A stretch of 64,000 nt of DNA, taken from the NCBI GenBank assembly GCA_003251795.1, contig QKEI01000117.1, forward strand, positions 4,738 to 68,737. The letters run 5' to 3'. Shown here piece by piece: positions 62,861-64,000 of this stretch (position 1 is its first letter; every line of letters begins with the position of its first letter). The stretch comes from Candidatus Muproteobacteria bacterium (lineage in GTDB: Bacteria; Pseudomonadota; Gammaproteobacteria; Acidiferrobacterales; SPGG2). The position numbers were made by a program, and so were the translations under genes. The notes under the pieces were generated by a model. It saw nothing but the letters and a program-made list of their open reading frames with translations, searched no databases and had not been told where the DNA came from.

Positions 62861-63753
62861 CCACACTCGCAAACACGGTTAGTTTGCGCGGCAAGCTACT
62901 GCAGGGAGAGCTCATGTCCAGACACACCAGCTGGCGCGTGGGCGGCCCGGCTGATTACTTTTACATACCAGCCGACATTGAAGACCTAGCTTTGTTTCTC
63001 AAGACCCTGTCGCCGCAGCAGGCAATCTACTGGGTTGGCCTCGGCAGCAACTTATTGGTACGCGACGGGGGCCTACGCGGCACCGTGATTGCTACCAGCG
63101 GCGCGCTTGATGATTTGCGCAAGATCGGTGACACGGAGGTGCGTGTGGAGGCCGGTGTAGCCAGTGCCAAGGTTGCACGTTTCACGGTCGAACAGGGACT
63201 CAGTGGCGCCCAGTTCTTTTGCGGTATTCCCGGCACCATCGGCGGTGCGCTTGCCATGAATGCCGGCGCCTTTGGCGGCGAGACCTGGGATATCGTTGAC
63301 ACGGTCGAGACCATTGATCGGCATGGACAATTGCGTATGCGTGAACGTGCCGATTACGCGATCGGCTACCGCCGCGTGGAGGGCCCGGCAGGCGAATGGT
63401 TTGTTGCTGCGCATTTGCACTTGCGCAAGGGCAATGTGGCGGATGGTAAGGCGCGCATTCGTTCTTTGCTGGCGCGCCGCGGACAGACGCAGCCGACGCA
63501 AATGGCAAATGCTGGATCGGTGTTCAAGAACCCGCCGGGTGACTACGCGGCGCGCTTGATCGAAGCGAGTGGCCTGAAGGGCGCATGCGAAGGCGGGGCC
63601 TGCGTGTCGGAGCTGCACGCCAACTTCGTCATCAACCAGGGTAGCGCCACGGCTGCCGACATCGAGCATTTGATAGCAAGAGTGCGCGAGCACGTGCAGC
63701 GTGTTCAGGGCGTCACGCTTGAACTCGAAGTGCGCATAGTGGGTGAGCCGTGA
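62857..63753 (+). CDS. murB: UDP-N-acetylenolpyruvoylglucosamine reductase
   Basis: [30 protein letters not shown] and HANF. ATGA overlap with murC. Confidence 0.98.
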   Translation: MTTLANTVSLRGKLLQGELMSRHTSWRVGGPADYFYIPADIEDLALFLKTLSPQQAIYWVGLGSNLLVRDGGLRGTVIATSGALDDLRKIGDTEVRVEAGVASAKVARFTVEQGLSGAQFFCGIPGTIGGALAMNAGAFGGETWDIVDTVETIDRHGQLRMRERADYAIGYRRVEGPAGEWFVAAHLHLRKGNVADGKARIRSLLARRGQTQPTQMANAGSVFKNPPGDYAARLIEASGLKGACEGGACVSELHANFVINQGSATAADIEHLIARVREHVQRVQGVTLELEVRIVGEP

Positions 63754-63781
63754 GGGCAGTGTGGCGCAGCGGAATTTACCG

Positions 63782-64000
63782 ATGGCACGCGTGAAACGAC
63801 AGACACAGAGTGTGACGGCGAGCCAGGATGCGGCGATCGGTGCTGGCATTCGATTGTTGTTAGTACTGTTGTTGCTGATCGGCACGGCGCTGGCGCTCGA
63901 CTGGCTGCTGCGCTCGGACAATTTTCCCGTGGAAAACGTGCACTTCGAAGGGCCGTTTAAGCATGTTACCAAGGAGCAACTTGTGAAGACGGTCGAGGAT
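63782..64000 (+). CDS. ftsQ: Cell division protein FtsQ (3'-partial)
   Basis: Hand translation MARVKRQ...IRLLLVLLLLIGTALALDWLLRSDNFPVENVHFEGPFKHVTKEQL shows a cytoplasmic tail, TM helix and start of a POTRA domain. In-frame GTG at 63761 is an alternative start. Confidence 0.88.
   Translation, partial: MARVKRQTQSVTASQDAAIGAGIRLLLVLLLLIGTALALDWLLRSDNFPVENVHFEGPFKHVTKEQLVKTVED

Overview
This window is a gene-dense core-genome segment of a fairly GC-rich gammaproteobacterium. The gene order resembles Acidiferrobacterales/Chromatiales or Betaproteobacteria-type loci (inference only). It holds about 70 housekeeping genes: lnt-leuS-lptE-holA-nadD-rsfS-rlmH-maf-rng-yhdP-nit-tldD-pmbA-mgtE; the lptCAB-rpoN-hpf-ptsN-rapZ-HPr-EI cluster on the minus strand; yadGH-bolA-grxD-murA-hisGDCBHAFIE-tatABC; petABC-sspAB; lpoA-yraN-gmhA with divergent rsmI; RNase P RNA; and the dcw cluster from mraZ to a partial ftsQ. 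I saw no CRISPR array, tRNA, rRNA, transposase or prophage, and no clear multi-gene novel system. The strongest unusual signal is repeated gene erosion. proA is collapsed by an in-frame internal deletion of roughly 320 codons. Short decayed relics appear where nif3, mlaB, hprK and a mannose-type EIIA gene normally sit. LptC looks C-terminally truncated, and ddl, kdsC/kdsD and dolP are missing from their usual positions. Accessory genes worth study are a stand-alone WYL-domain gene with its own promoter, a degenerate OmpA-like secreted protein next to yhdP, and a macrodomain gene.
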